Source: an uncultured Saprospiraceae bacterium | GTDB taxonomy: Bacteria; Bacteroidota; Bacteroidia; Chitinophagales; Saprospiraceae | Assembly: GCA_964495785.1 (NCBI GenBank) | Contig: CAZBXL010000001.1 | Coordinates: forward strand, 44,406-108,405 | Length of the DNA stretch: 64,000 nucleotides | Direction of reading: 5' to 3' | In this document: one piece after another, positions 9,636-19,089 of the stretch | Layout: each line of letters opens with the position of its first letter | Position numbering within the stretch: the first letter of the stretch is position 1 | Program-made: the position numbers and the translations under genes | The notes under the pieces: generated by a model | The model's database searches: none | What the model was told of the DNA's origin: nothing | The model's input: the letters and a program-made list of their open reading frames with translations, nothing else

Positions 9636-10637
9636 ATGCATAAAGGTGGCCATTCTAAAATAAGCTTAGTGCTTAAGGGTGCAGCTATGGGTATAGCTGA
9701 AGTTATACCTGGTGTGTCAGGAGGTACGATTGCTTTTATTACTGGTATATACGAAGATCTTATTGGAAGTATTAGTTCTGTAGATCAACACGTTATTTCT
9801 GACATATTTAAGTTGAGGATCATCAATGTCTGGAAAGCTATCAATGGTCCATTTCTGCTGAATCTTATCATAGGTATGATTCTCGGTCTTTTGATTGGAA
9901 TAGTTGGAGTCACCAAACTTCTTCATAGTCAACCAGAAATATTATGGGCATTATTTTTTGGACTTATAGTAGCATCTATTCCTTTGATGTTAAGTAAGAT
10001 AGAAAAGAAGAGCTTTATTAATTTAATCCCATTTATAGTAAGCGCTTTGGCAGCTTTTCTGATTACCTCAATCAGTCCAGCAGAAGGATCTACTAATCTA
10101 CTGTACATATTTATTGCTGGTATGATTGCGATAAGTGCTTTTGTATTACCCGGTATTTCAGGAAGCTTTATTCTTTTGCTTATGGGCTTGTATACTGTAG
10201 TTATACCTACAATCAAATCATTTTTTGAATCACCTGAATTTTCAGAATTCATTTTGTTAGGAGTGTTTGCAGTAGGATGTCTTACAGGCTTGGCTCTTTT
10301 CTCTAGAGTTGTATCGGCTGCATTTAAGAATTATCATGACATAACTATCGCTATCATGTCAGGTTTTATGTTTGGTTCTCTCAATAAGATATGGCCTTGG
10401 CGAAATCCCACGGTACTACTGAATAAAACCGACCAAAGTTTAATACCTGTAGATGCTGATAATATACAGACCATTAATATTCTGGCTGATGATATAAAAG
10501 TAATTAAAGAGACTAATGTCTTTCCAGATACCTATTTTTCTGATCCACAGACAACATATGTTATTATAGCCTTCTTCGTGGGACTTGCAATAGTTGGAGG
10601 ACTTGGTATGATTCAACATAGGAATCAGAATCATTAA
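9636..10637 (+). CDS. DUF368 family polytopic membrane protein
   Basis: Duplicated PGVSGGT / PGISGSF motifs and about 8 TM segments. I prefer ATG 9636 (TAAGATG junction with the upstream stop) over the track start 9588, which would overlap the upstream gene by 47 nt. Confidence 0.8.
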   Translation: MHKGGHSKISLVLKGAAMGIAEVIPGVSGGTIAFITGIYEDLIGSISSVDQHVISDIFKLRIINVWKAINGPFLLNLIIGMILGLLIGIVGVTKLLHSQPEILWALFFGLIVASIPLMLSKIEKKSFINLIPFIVSALAAFLITSISPAEGSTNLLYIFIAGMIAISAFVLPGISGSFILLLMGLYTVVIPTIKSFFESPEFSEFILLGVFAVGCLTGLALFSRVVSAAFKNYHDITIAIMSGFMFGSLNKIWPWRNPTVLLNKTDQSLIPVDADNIQTINILADDIKVIKETNVFPDTYFSDPQTTYVIIAFFVGLAIVGGLGMIQHRNQNH

Positions 10638-11064
10638 GTATTACACTCTTATAAATAGGCTGTTTTTCGTATCTCTAAATTGATTATCCAATGCAGTTAG
10701 ATAAGATTCTGAGCCGTATAAGGTCATAAAAATTCTGGCTTTTAAGCTATTTTCAATTATCTATACATCCGCCTTGTAGCTGTCCTATAAAATCGTCAGT
10801 CAGCAGTTCAGACCCATTAAATGGGGCTTCTATGTAATCTTTTAACATATTGAAGCTTTACCAAAATCCCAGAAGTCTTGTAATGATTCTCCATCCTCAA
10901 CTCTAATAGTAAGTGTCTATAGGGGTCTGATCTCTTTTCTTGGTCTAAAAAATAGAAATTAACATATTTACAAATTAAATAAATTTTATATATATTAATC
11001 ACTATAATTCACAGGTTTTCATATATTTGTATTTAGTTATATGTTAAAAATCAAAACTTAAACG

Positions 11065-13236
11065 ATGCGAGGAAAACTACAATTATTCCTACTTGCAATC
11101 ATTTTTGTCTCTTTTGCTAATGGCATGAGTGCTCAAAAGTCTCTAATTAAAGCACAAAAACAATTTGAGCTCAAAGCCTTTGACTTGGCTATAGAGAATG
11201 CTAAAAAGGCAATTGCTGACCAACCAGATTGTGTTGATTGTCACAGTCTTATTGCAGAATCATTCCGTATGATGAATCAGAATGTTGATGCAGCAATTTG
11301 GTATAGGAAGATGGAAAAGATGACAAATCTTCCAGAAGACTACACTTTTAATTACGGACTTCTTCTCAAAAGAATGGGGCAGTATGATAAGGCTCAGAAG
11401 TACTTCAATGATTATGCTTCTGTTGATCCAGAAAAGTCTAAGTTGTTTTCTGAAAGTTGCGACCTTGCTAAGAACTTACTCTCTTCAGATATTAATTTTG
11501 AATTAAACTTATACAACGCAAGTTCAAAAGTGACTGATTTCGGAGCTACTTGTTTTAAGGACGAGATCGTCTTTAGTTCATTTAGAGATGATTTCAAAAG
11601 ATCACTCGACAAGTTGAATAAGAGTCAGATTCAAGATGACAGAACACAACTCTTTAGAGGTAATCAAGGAATCACAGGTACTATTAATAGTATTGATTTC
11701 CTTCTGCCAGAGAACTTAGAGACATTTGACTTTGGTCCAGTTCACTATGCTCAGGAAGCACCTATCGTAGCTGTGACTAAAAATAATTTTAGAGACGGTG
11801 AGCAACAGATATTTTCTAATGATCTTGAATTAGCCCTATATACAGCAAGTGTATTGCCTAATGGATCATTTCAGAACTTAGTTCCTTTTCCATATAATGA
11901 AGTAGGTTATGCAACGGGGTTTGGTACACTTAATCCAGCAGGTAATATAATGTACTTTAGTTCTAATAGACCAGGAGGTCGAGGTGGTTTCGATATATAC
12001 GTTTCATATTACAAAAACGGAAACTGGACTTACCCAGAGAATCTTGGTCCTAAAATTAACACACCTGGTAATGAAGTGACACCATTTTTTGACGGAACGA
12101 ACTTATCGTTTTCTTCTGACTACATCATGGGTTTAGGAGGCTTAGATGTATTTATAACATCTGTAGAAAACGGTGCATGGAAGACGCCATCTAATATGGG
12201 GAATGGGGTTAATTCACCAGAAGATGATTTTTATTTTACTAAGCAACCCAATAAAGAAACTTACTACATCACGTCTAACAGATTAGGTGGTAGAGGAAGC
12301 TATGATATATATATTGTAAATAAAGCGACAGATAACAAGCCTGAAGAGGTACTTGCTGAAGTCGTACAGTTTGAAGATGTAATGCCAGCTGAGGTTAACC
12401 TGGAAGAAGACCTTATCGAAGACAGAGGCATGACAGCGACGACTAAGAGTGTTAAGTTTGATGATAGCGATGAGCTCACATCAGTCAGTACATTAAGTGA
12501 TGCACCCGCTACAAGTGTCAAAAAGAACACTTCTCCTAATTCACTCCAAGATAATGAGATATCTGAAGAATTTAAAAATGAGGATGGTGCTATAGACTTC
12601 AATAAGATCTTACCTCCAAAAGCGGTAGATCTTAACAAAATGAACTCTAAGAGCATCTCCCTTGTAGGAGCTAAAAGAGTCGCTTATGGCGAGGTCATCA
12701 GATCTAATAGTAATGTCTACTTCATTCAAGTAGCAGCATTATTCAAATCACAAGCTAAGATGAATCAGTTTTCTGGATTAAACACATTCGGTAGCTTGTA
12801 CAAGTTCAATCAATCTAATGCTACTAAAGTAAAATTAGGTTACTTCTTAGATGAATATCAAGCTAAGGATGTTCTTAGACAAGTGAAGTCAATGGGTTAT
12901 AAGGACGCATTCATCACCTTTGAACCATTAAATACTTCTAACATGGAGTTAGTAGAATTATCAACTCTATCTAATGATGTAACTTACTCTACTACCGGGA
13001 CAAACTATAAGGTTAGATTAGCTTCTTATGAAGATCCTATCTGGTTTGATGTCAACAAAGTAAAAGGTATAGGAGTAATAGAACAGTGGACTAAGGACAA
13101 TTGGACTATATTTGTATTGAGTGGATACGCTTCTCAAAGTGAAGCAGAACGAGCTCGAGAAAAAGCAATTAATAAAGGCTATAAAGATGCACAACTTGTC
13201 ATAGACAGAAATGGTATCTTAGAGAAAGCCTACTAA
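11065..13236 (+). CDS. Periplasmic TPR + TolB/PD40-like beta-propeller-repeat protein with two C-terminal SPOR domains
   Basis: Signal peptide and TPR-like N-terminus. PD40-type repeats (FSSNRPGGRGGFDIYVS, ITSNRLGGRGSYDIYIV). A low-complexity acidic linker. Two SPOR-like modules (VYFIQVAALFKSQ...GYKDAFI and YKVRLASYED...GYKDAQLV). Confidence 0.65.
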   Translation: MRGKLQLFLLAIIFVSFANGMSAQKSLIKAQKQFELKAFDLAIENAKKAIADQPDCVDCHSLIAESFRMMNQNVDAAIWYRKMEKMTNLPEDYTFNYGLLLKRMGQYDKAQKYFNDYASVDPEKSKLFSESCDLAKNLLSSDINFELNLYNASSKVTDFGATCFKDEIVFSSFRDDFKRSLDKLNKSQIQDDRTQLFRGNQGITGTINSIDFLLPENLETFDFGPVHYAQEAPIVAVTKNNFRDGEQQIFSNDLELALYTASVLPNGSFQNLVPFPYNEVGYATGFGTLNPAGNIMYFSSNRPGGRGGFDIYVSYYKNGNWTYPENLGPKINTPGNEVTPFFDGTNLSFSSDYIMGLGGLDVFITSVENGAWKTPSNMGNGVNSPEDDFYFTKQPNKETYYITSNRLGGRGSYDIYIVNKATDNKPEEVLAEVVQFEDVMPAEVNLEEDLIEDRGMTATTKSVKFDDSDELTSVSTLSDAPATSVKKNTSPNSLQDNEISEEFKNEDGAIDFNKILPPKAVDLNKMNSKSISLVGAKRVAYGEVIRSNSNVYFIQVAALFKSQAKMNQFSGLNTFGSLYKFNQSNATKVKLGYFLDEYQAKDVLRQVKSMGYKDAFITFEPLNTSNMELVELSTLSNDVTYSTTGTNYKVRLASYEDPIWFDVNKVKGIGVIEQWTKDNWTIFVLSGYASQSEAERAREKAINKGYKDAQLVIDRNGILEKAY

Positions 13237-13259
13237 AGAATAGATTAGTTAAATATTAT

Positions 13260-13296
13260 AAAGCTCTACAATTTTTTGTAGAGCTTTTTTTGTTTT
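13260..13296 (+). terminator. Rho-independent terminator between convergent genes
   Basis: Perfect 12-bp stem aaagctctacaa (13260-13271) / ttgtagagcttt (13276-13287) with a tttt loop, followed by tttttgtttt. Confidence 0.7.
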
Positions 13297-13382
13297 GGCT
13301 AAGGAGTGTGTCAGGATATAAGATACAATGATATCTCTAAGTGGTTCTATCATATGAAAAAATAGCAAACCAAATTTTACAT

Positions 13383-14945
13383 TTAAGAACTGCATGATAG
13401 CATAGAACATCCTACTTTGTGACGTGCCCACTCAGGTCTCTTAGCATACCATTTTTGAAGCTTTGGTTGTTCGTCGTATGGTCGTTTGAGTAGTTGATAT
13501 AATTCTTCTATAAGACTATAGTCTCCATCATCTGCATTATCTATCGCCATCTGCGCCATATAATTACGCAGCACATATTTGGGGTTGACTTGCTTCATTG
13601 ATTGCTGTCTGACTTCGTCTGGTCTCTGATCTCGCTGTAGAATTTTTAGATAGTTATCTAACCAATTATACCATTTTTTTAATATCTCTTGAGTCAATTG
13701 AGTTTCATCATAGAATGCTATTCTTAGAAGGGAGAAACATTCTTTTGCAGTATTGGCTTTGGTAAGCTCAGAAAGTTGGCGGAAGAATATAGTCATATCC
13801 GTTTCTATTAGCTCTAAGTTCTCGTCCAAGCTTGCAAGAAACTCATAGTCATTCTCATCAAGTTTTTCTATACCTAACTTAGATGCCATCATTAGAGAAT
13901 GAGCTTCTAAGAAATTTGTCTTGTAAGCCTCAAGCGTTTTCTCTAATGGCTCAGCTTCTCCAATAAGAGGGTACAAGGCATTAGCCAGTTGGTATAAATT
14001 CCAATGAGCGACCGCAGGCTGTTGCCCATACCGATATCTTTTGTTTTGACGATCAGTTGTATTAGGAGTCCAACTATTATCATATCCTTCTAACCATCCG
14101 TAAGGTCCATAGTCTATCGTCAATCCAAGTATAGACATGTTGTCAGTATTCATAACTCCATGTACAAATCCCACTCGTTGCCATTCCACCACCATCTTTA
14201 AAGTTCTGTCAACTACTGACTGAAAAAATGCAGTGTACTTTTCTTTGCCTTGAGTATTTGTATCTGAATAAAAATGTCTAATCGTGTAATCAGTTAATGT
14301 CTTAAGAGTGTCAAAATCCTTACGGGCAGCAAAGATCTGGAAGTTACCAAACCTGATAAAACTTGGTGCCACTCTACAGACGACTGCTCCTTTTTCCATT
14401 GCTGGATGACCATCATACATTATGTCTCTAAGGACTTCATCCCCTGTAAGGCAAAGTGATAAGGATCTTGTTGTAGGTACTCCCAGGTGGTGCATCGCCT
14501 CACTACAGAGATGTTCTCTGACTGATGATCTTAAGACAGCAAGACCATCAGCTGATCTTGAGTATGGTGTCTCTCCGGCACCTTTTAGCTGTAATGCCCA
14601 TCTCAAATTATCATTGACAACTTCTCCTAAATTAATTGCTCTTCCGTCTCCCAGTTGTCCTGCCCAGTGTCCAAACTGATGACCTCCATAACACATTGCA
14701 TAAGGTTCTGATTCTGGGAGCAATTGAGCTCCAGAAAATATATTTACAAACTCTTCTGACTGTGCTTGGTCTGGTGTGATGCCTAAGGCTGCAAGCATTT
14801 CTTCAGAGACATGTATCAGTTTAGGTACAGAAGGAATACGAGGTATAGCTGCGGAGTAACATGCATCTGTCACTTGTCTTCTTGTATTATTTTCGTTAGG
14901 GTCTTTTGGTAATTCCTTATTGAAAGTATCTTGTAACTTCAGCAT
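13383..14945 (-). CDS. selO: Protein adenylyltransferase (AMPylase/UMPylase) SelO/YdiU
   Basis: Signature GGHQFGHWAGQLGDGRA, MNTDNMSILGLTIDYGPYG, and the family-typical C-terminal MLSCSS. Confidence 0.9.
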   Translation of the reverse strand: MLKLQDTFNKELPKDPNENNTRRQVTDACYSAAIPRIPSVPKLIHVSEEMLAALGITPDQAQSEEFVNIFSGAQLLPESEPYAMCYGGHQFGHWAGQLGDGRAINLGEVVNDNLRWALQLKGAGETPYSRSADGLAVLRSSVREHLCSEAMHHLGVPTTRSLSLCLTGDEVLRDIMYDGHPAMEKGAVVCRVAPSFIRFGNFQIFAARKDFDTLKTLTDYTIRHFYSDTNTQGKEKYTAFFQSVVDRTLKMVVEWQRVGFVHGVMNTDNMSILGLTIDYGPYGWLEGYDNSWTPNTTDRQNKRYRYGQQPAVAHWNLYQLANALYPLIGEAEPLEKTLEAYKTNFLEAHSLMMASKLGIEKLDENDYEFLASLDENLELIETDMTIFFRQLSELTKANTAKECFSLLRIAFYDETQLTQEILKKWYNWLDNYLKILQRDQRPDEVRQQSMKQVNPKYVLRNYMAQMAIDNADDGDYSLIEELYQLLKRPYDEQPKLQKWYAKRPEWARHKVGCSMLSCSS

Positions 14946-15029
14946 GACTTATAGTAAGAATAGTTGTCCATTGTGACAGAATAAAGTAGAAATAGTTCAA
15001 TAAGTATTTACAGTAATTACAAGTTGATA

Positions 15030-15953
15030 CTAAGAAGTTCTTCCTTTGTCCACTTCGTATTTATACAAATCATGTCTTTGATAATGTCCAGAAGTGGATA
15101 GATTCATTCTCTCTGCTATGTTTTTAGTTAGATCTAAATCAACATAATAGATATCCCTATTACCGTATTGAGGTTCTAATATGATATCTCCACTTGGGGC
15201 ATAAGCGGCACATCCACCTTTCATAAGTAGGGTAGACTTATCACTGATGACTTGTGATAATTCAAGTCCTACTGGTAATTCTGACTTCTCCATAATCTGA
15301 CCTACAGCAATAACATGACACCGACCTTCTACTGCATAGTGACGACTGGCGAGCTGATGTAATTCCTTAGCATAAGGCCATAGAGCAATATGTAAGTCTT
15401 CTGCTTCATCATGCATGACTTGTCTTGTCATAGGCATCCAATGCTCCCAGCATATAAGACTGCCAAGTCTACCATGTTCAGTTTCTATCGCATTGAGACC
15501 ATGACCATCGCCAGGGCCATGGACTAATTTCTCAGTATAAGTAGGCATCACTTTTCTATGATGATTAACAATGTCACCACTGCTACTTATTGTGATGATA
15601 GAATTGTAAATGGTGCTGTGTCCTTTACCTACAGTAGTGACCTCATTAGCGCCAATTACTGCATACATATTCGTTTCTGAAAGCTGCTGCCGTATAACTT
15701 TAAGATCACCCTTCTCTATGTTGATGCTGTTATTATACATCGCAGACCATACGTCCTTGATCGGCTTATGATCCCATATGGATACATCCTGACAGACATC
15801 TAACCATATAGGGTATCCAGAAAACCAACATTCACCAAATACAATCAAGTCGGCTTTCTCTTGATGCGCCTGAGATATCAAATCTCCAGTCTTCTCTATT
15901 GTCTGCTTAAGATTATTGAATACTGGACCGTCTTGTATAATAGCTACCTTCAT
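15030..15953 (-). CDS. Carbon-nitrogen hydrolase (nitrilase family)
   Basis: Glu-Lys-Cys triad context: FGECWFSGYP, HRKVMPT, LICWEHWMP. Confidence 0.8.
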   Translation of the reverse strand: MKVAIIQDGPVFNNLKQTIEKTGDLISQAHQEKADLIVFGECWFSGYPIWLDVCQDVSIWDHKPIKDVWSAMYNNSINIEKGDLKVIRQQLSETNMYAVIGANEVTTVGKGHSTIYNSIITISSSGDIVNHHRKVMPTYTEKLVHGPGDGHGLNAIETEHGRLGSLICWEHWMPMTRQVMHDEAEDLHIALWPYAKELHQLASRHYAVEGRCHVIAVGQIMEKSELPVGLELSQVISDKSTLLMKGGCAAYAPSGDIILEPQYGNRDIYYVDLDLTKNIAERMNLSTSGHYQRHDLYKYEVDKGRTS

Positions 15954-15968
15954 TATTATATCAGTCTT

Positions 15969-17147
15969 TTATACACGTCTTATCATAATAGCACTTGCAC
16001 CGCCACCTCCATTGCATATAGCTGCTAAGCCCAGGTCACTTTGCTTATGATGTAGAGCGTTAACCAATGTAGTAACAATTCTGGCTCCTGAAGCTCCGAG
16101 TGGATGACCAAGTGATACAGAACCACCCAGCACATTAACTTGATCATTGTGTGTGTGCATGAGTTTGTTATAAGCTAAGGTAACGACACTAAAGGCTTCA
16201 TTGACTTCAAATAGATCTATGTCTTCTATTTTTTTTCCAGTCATCTGAAGGAGTTTTTCTGTCGCCTTAGTAGGAGCAGTTGTAAACCATTCAGGCTCAT
16301 GTGCTGCATCAGAATAGTTTATAATTTCAGCTACAGGATTAAGTTTGTATTTCTTAACAGCATCTTCACTCGCTATTACTAATGCAGCAGCTCCATCATT
16401 GATTGTAGAAGCATTGGCTGCAGTGACTGTTCCATCTTTTGAGAAAGCTGCTCTTAATTTTGGAATCTTTTCAAAGAATACTTTTTGTGGTTCCTCATCT
16501 TCAGTTATTATCTTAGGATCACCTTTTCTCTGAGGTACTTCGACGGGAGTAATTTCATTTTTAAATATACCATCAGCTATAGAGGCTTGAGATCTTTTGT
16601 AAGATTGAATTGCAAATTCATCTTGTTCCTCTCTTGTAATCTCATACTTTGTAGCTGTCTTATCAGCGCAGGCTCCCATCATACATTCATTGTATACATC
16701 TAACAGCCCATCTTTCTGTAATCCATCCACTAATTGTCCACCACCATATTTATATCCATATCTGGCATTAGGAATATAATAGGGTATCTGTGACATATTT
16801 TCCATACCACCTGCGACAATCACTTCTTGATGGCCTAATGCGATAGATTGTGCAGCTAACATAATTGCTTTAGCTCCAGAAGAACATACTTTATTTATAG
16901 TCGTACATGGTACGGTATTGGGAATGCCAGAGTGTAGTGCTGCTTGCCGAGCTGGCGCCTGACCGAGATTAGCAGATATAACATTACCCATAAATACTTC
17001 ATCTACTGAATCTGGATTTATATTGGCTTTATTCATAGCACCTTTAATAGCAATAGTTCCCAGTTGAGTTGCTGATATGCTGCTGAGTGCTCCTCCAAAA
17101 CTACCCAAAGGTGTTCTTTGCGCTGATACGATATATACTTTCTTCAT
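15969..17147 (-). CDS. Acetyl-CoA C-acetyltransferase (thiolase II)
   Basis: NKVCSSGAKAI active-site Cys, GGSVSLGHPLGASGARI, and CNGGGGASAIMI. Confidence 0.93.
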   Translation of the reverse strand: MKKVYIVSAQRTPLGSFGGALSSISATQLGTIAIKGAMNKANINPDSVDEVFMGNVISANLGQAPARQAALHSGIPNTVPCTTINKVCSSGAKAIMLAAQSIALGHQEVIVAGGMENMSQIPYYIPNARYGYKYGGGQLVDGLQKDGLLDVYNECMMGACADKTATKYEITREEQDEFAIQSYKRSQASIADGIFKNEITPVEVPQRKGDPKIITEDEEPQKVFFEKIPKLRAAFSKDGTVTAANASTINDGAAALVIASEDAVKKYKLNPVAEIINYSDAAHEPEWFTTAPTKATEKLLQMTGKKIEDIDLFEVNEAFSVVTLAYNKLMHTHNDQVNVLGGSVSLGHPLGASGARIVTTLVNALHHKQSDLGLAAICNGGGGASAIMIRRV

Positions 17148-17245
17148 TACGATGGTTTTTCTGTTATTTTCTTTTGTTCTTTATTATAGCGTTCAGCAAG
17201 TTAATTAAGTTCTTAATAAACAGGGATAATTATATGGCTGTAAAC

Positions 17246-17281
17246 AAAAAAAAATAGCCATCTAAATCCTTAGATGACTAT
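17246..17281 (-). terminator. Rho-independent terminator of the S8 peptidase gene
   Basis: Stem 17254-17265 / 17270-17281 (12 bp). The one C/A mismatch on the plus strand is G-U on the minus strand. Plus-strand A8 17246-17253 gives T8 after the hairpin on the minus strand. Confidence 0.6.
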
Positions 17282-17306
17282 TTTTCTTAACTGTTTGATA
17301 TATAAG

Positions 17307-18968
17307 TTATGCTCTGTTCAGAGAGGTTTTGACTTTCTTTTTGCCTTTAGTTATTTCAGCAAGTTTAATGGCCTTTTCTGCATTTACCGTACCTCCAGAA
17401 ACTGAAAGATTAGAGAAGGATGTTTTCTCGTCAGCAGTACCTGGGATTATGACTTTCTGTGATAATTTAGTAGATGAGCCCATCAGGATATTCTTAACCT
17501 GCACCGCTGTTAGTGATGGATAATATGATCTTAATAGAGCTGCTACACCGGCTACTACTGGTGCCGCCATACTTGTGCCTTGTAATGGCTCGTAACCATC
17601 ATCTGGAATTGTAGAGTAGATCGCCATACCAGGTGCAAATAAATCCACATTTTCTGCACCATAATTTGAAAATGGTGCAGATAAGTTTTCTCCATTTTGA
17701 TAGTTTAAGGCGCCTATCTCTAACCAGTTCTTATAATTTTTCGTTTTACCTTTAAAAAATAAAAAGCCTTTTCCTTTGTACATATCGTTAGGAAAGTTGT
17801 CAGTAGTATCATTATTCTGACCAGAGTTACCAGCAGCATGGACTAATAATACATCCTTCTTTTCCGCATACTTTATAGCGTCTTCTACAACTTTCTCATT
17901 CCATGAGTAGCCTTTACCGAAACTCATGTTGATGATACTTGCGCCATTATCTACTGCATATCTGATAGCATTAGCGACGTCTTTATCTCTCTCATCACCG
18001 TTAGGCACAGTTCTTACAGACATGATTCTAACATTATCAGCGACACCATCCATTCCGATTTCATTATTTCTTGTTGCTCCTATGATACCAGCTACGTGTG
18101 TACCGTGTCTTGCATCTGGTCCTTCTACATCATTATTTCCGTAATATCTTTCTGTTTGATCTGCATAATTATCACCTATTACAGTACGTGGATTAAAGTC
18201 AGGGTTGTAAGCATATTTTGCTACACCAGTGTAATAGTCTTTTTGACCTTTCATATCGTTAATTACAAGTTGCTTGAAGTCATCTAAGTTTGTTACTTCT
18301 TGGCCTCTCGTTATTTGATCTAATAGGATGTCTTTTCCCATTACAACTTTGTCATCAGATGATTCGATAGCTTGAAGGTTTTCTAAGCTGGGAGCTTTTC
18401 CGTCTAATTCTTTTCCGACTGCATCCAAGCCAGTTTTAATTCTTTCTTCGAATTCAGTAATTCTTTGAAGACTTGTTTCCCCTCTTGATCTTTCAGTCTC
18501 TACTTTCTCCTTCCATGTGAGCCATTGATCATATAATTCTTTATCGCTTTTTGATAATTTATTGACGTTGGCATCTTCAAACTTATATTTATACTTTCCA
18601 TATAATCTTGTAACTTCATATGTATCATAGTCAACATTGCCGTCAGGACCACCGATAAAATTCCAACCATTGACGTCATCTATATATCCGTTGTTATCAT
18701 CATCTATATTGTTGTCAGGTATTTCGTCTGTATTGACCCATACGACATCTTTGAGATCTTCATGTTCTACATCGACTCCAGAATCAATAACTGCAACAAC
18801 TACTGGTGTAGAAGATTTGCCTTTAAGCAAATTAGAATATACCTTAGTAGCTGAGATACCCACAGGACCATCCTTAACGGGTTCTAACATATGCCAACCT
18901 GGGTTTTGACCAAAGCTATTAGTTGATATTCCTATAATAATTAAGGTTATGAATGATAACAGTTTCAT
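17307..18968 (-). CDS. Secreted S8 (subtilisin-family) serine peptidase
   Basis: Signal peptide and the D/H/S triad motifs VAVIDSGVD, HGTHVAGIIGA, GTSMAAPVVAG. Confidence 0.9.
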   Translation of the reverse strand: MKLLSFITLIIIGISTNSFGQNPGWHMLEPVKDGPVGISATKVYSNLLKGKSSTPVVVAVIDSGVDVEHEDLKDVVWVNTDEIPDNNIDDDNNGYIDDVNGWNFIGGPDGNVDYDTYEVTRLYGKYKYKFEDANVNKLSKSDKELYDQWLTWKEKVETERSRGETSLQRITEFEERIKTGLDAVGKELDGKAPSLENLQAIESSDDKVVMGKDILLDQITRGQEVTNLDDFKQLVINDMKGQKDYYTGVAKYAYNPDFNPRTVIGDNYADQTERYYGNNDVEGPDARHGTHVAGIIGATRNNEIGMDGVADNVRIMSVRTVPNGDERDKDVANAIRYAVDNGASIINMSFGKGYSWNEKVVEDAIKYAEKKDVLLVHAAGNSGQNNDTTDNFPNDMYKGKGFLFFKGKTKNYKNWLEIGALNYQNGENLSAPFSNYGAENVDLFAPGMAIYSTIPDDGYEPLQGTSMAAPVVAGVAALLRSYYPSLTAVQVKNILMGSSTKLSQKVIIPGTADEKTSFSNLSVSGGTVNAEKAIKLAEITKGKKKVKTSLNRA

Positions 18969-19089
18969 TTAACTTCGTATTTTTTGTTGTAAAAGCCACG
19001 AATATATAACGATTTGTAGCAGCATAGCAGCCGATAATTGTTTTTTTAAGTAAACATTAAGTATTTCACACTTTAAAACTATAGTAATT

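Noticed and set aside
13249-13431. 60-aa minus ORF overlapping the selO 3' end and the 13260-13296 terminator
   Set aside because: It overlaps selO out of frame, spans a terminator hairpin, and has no features of a real protein.
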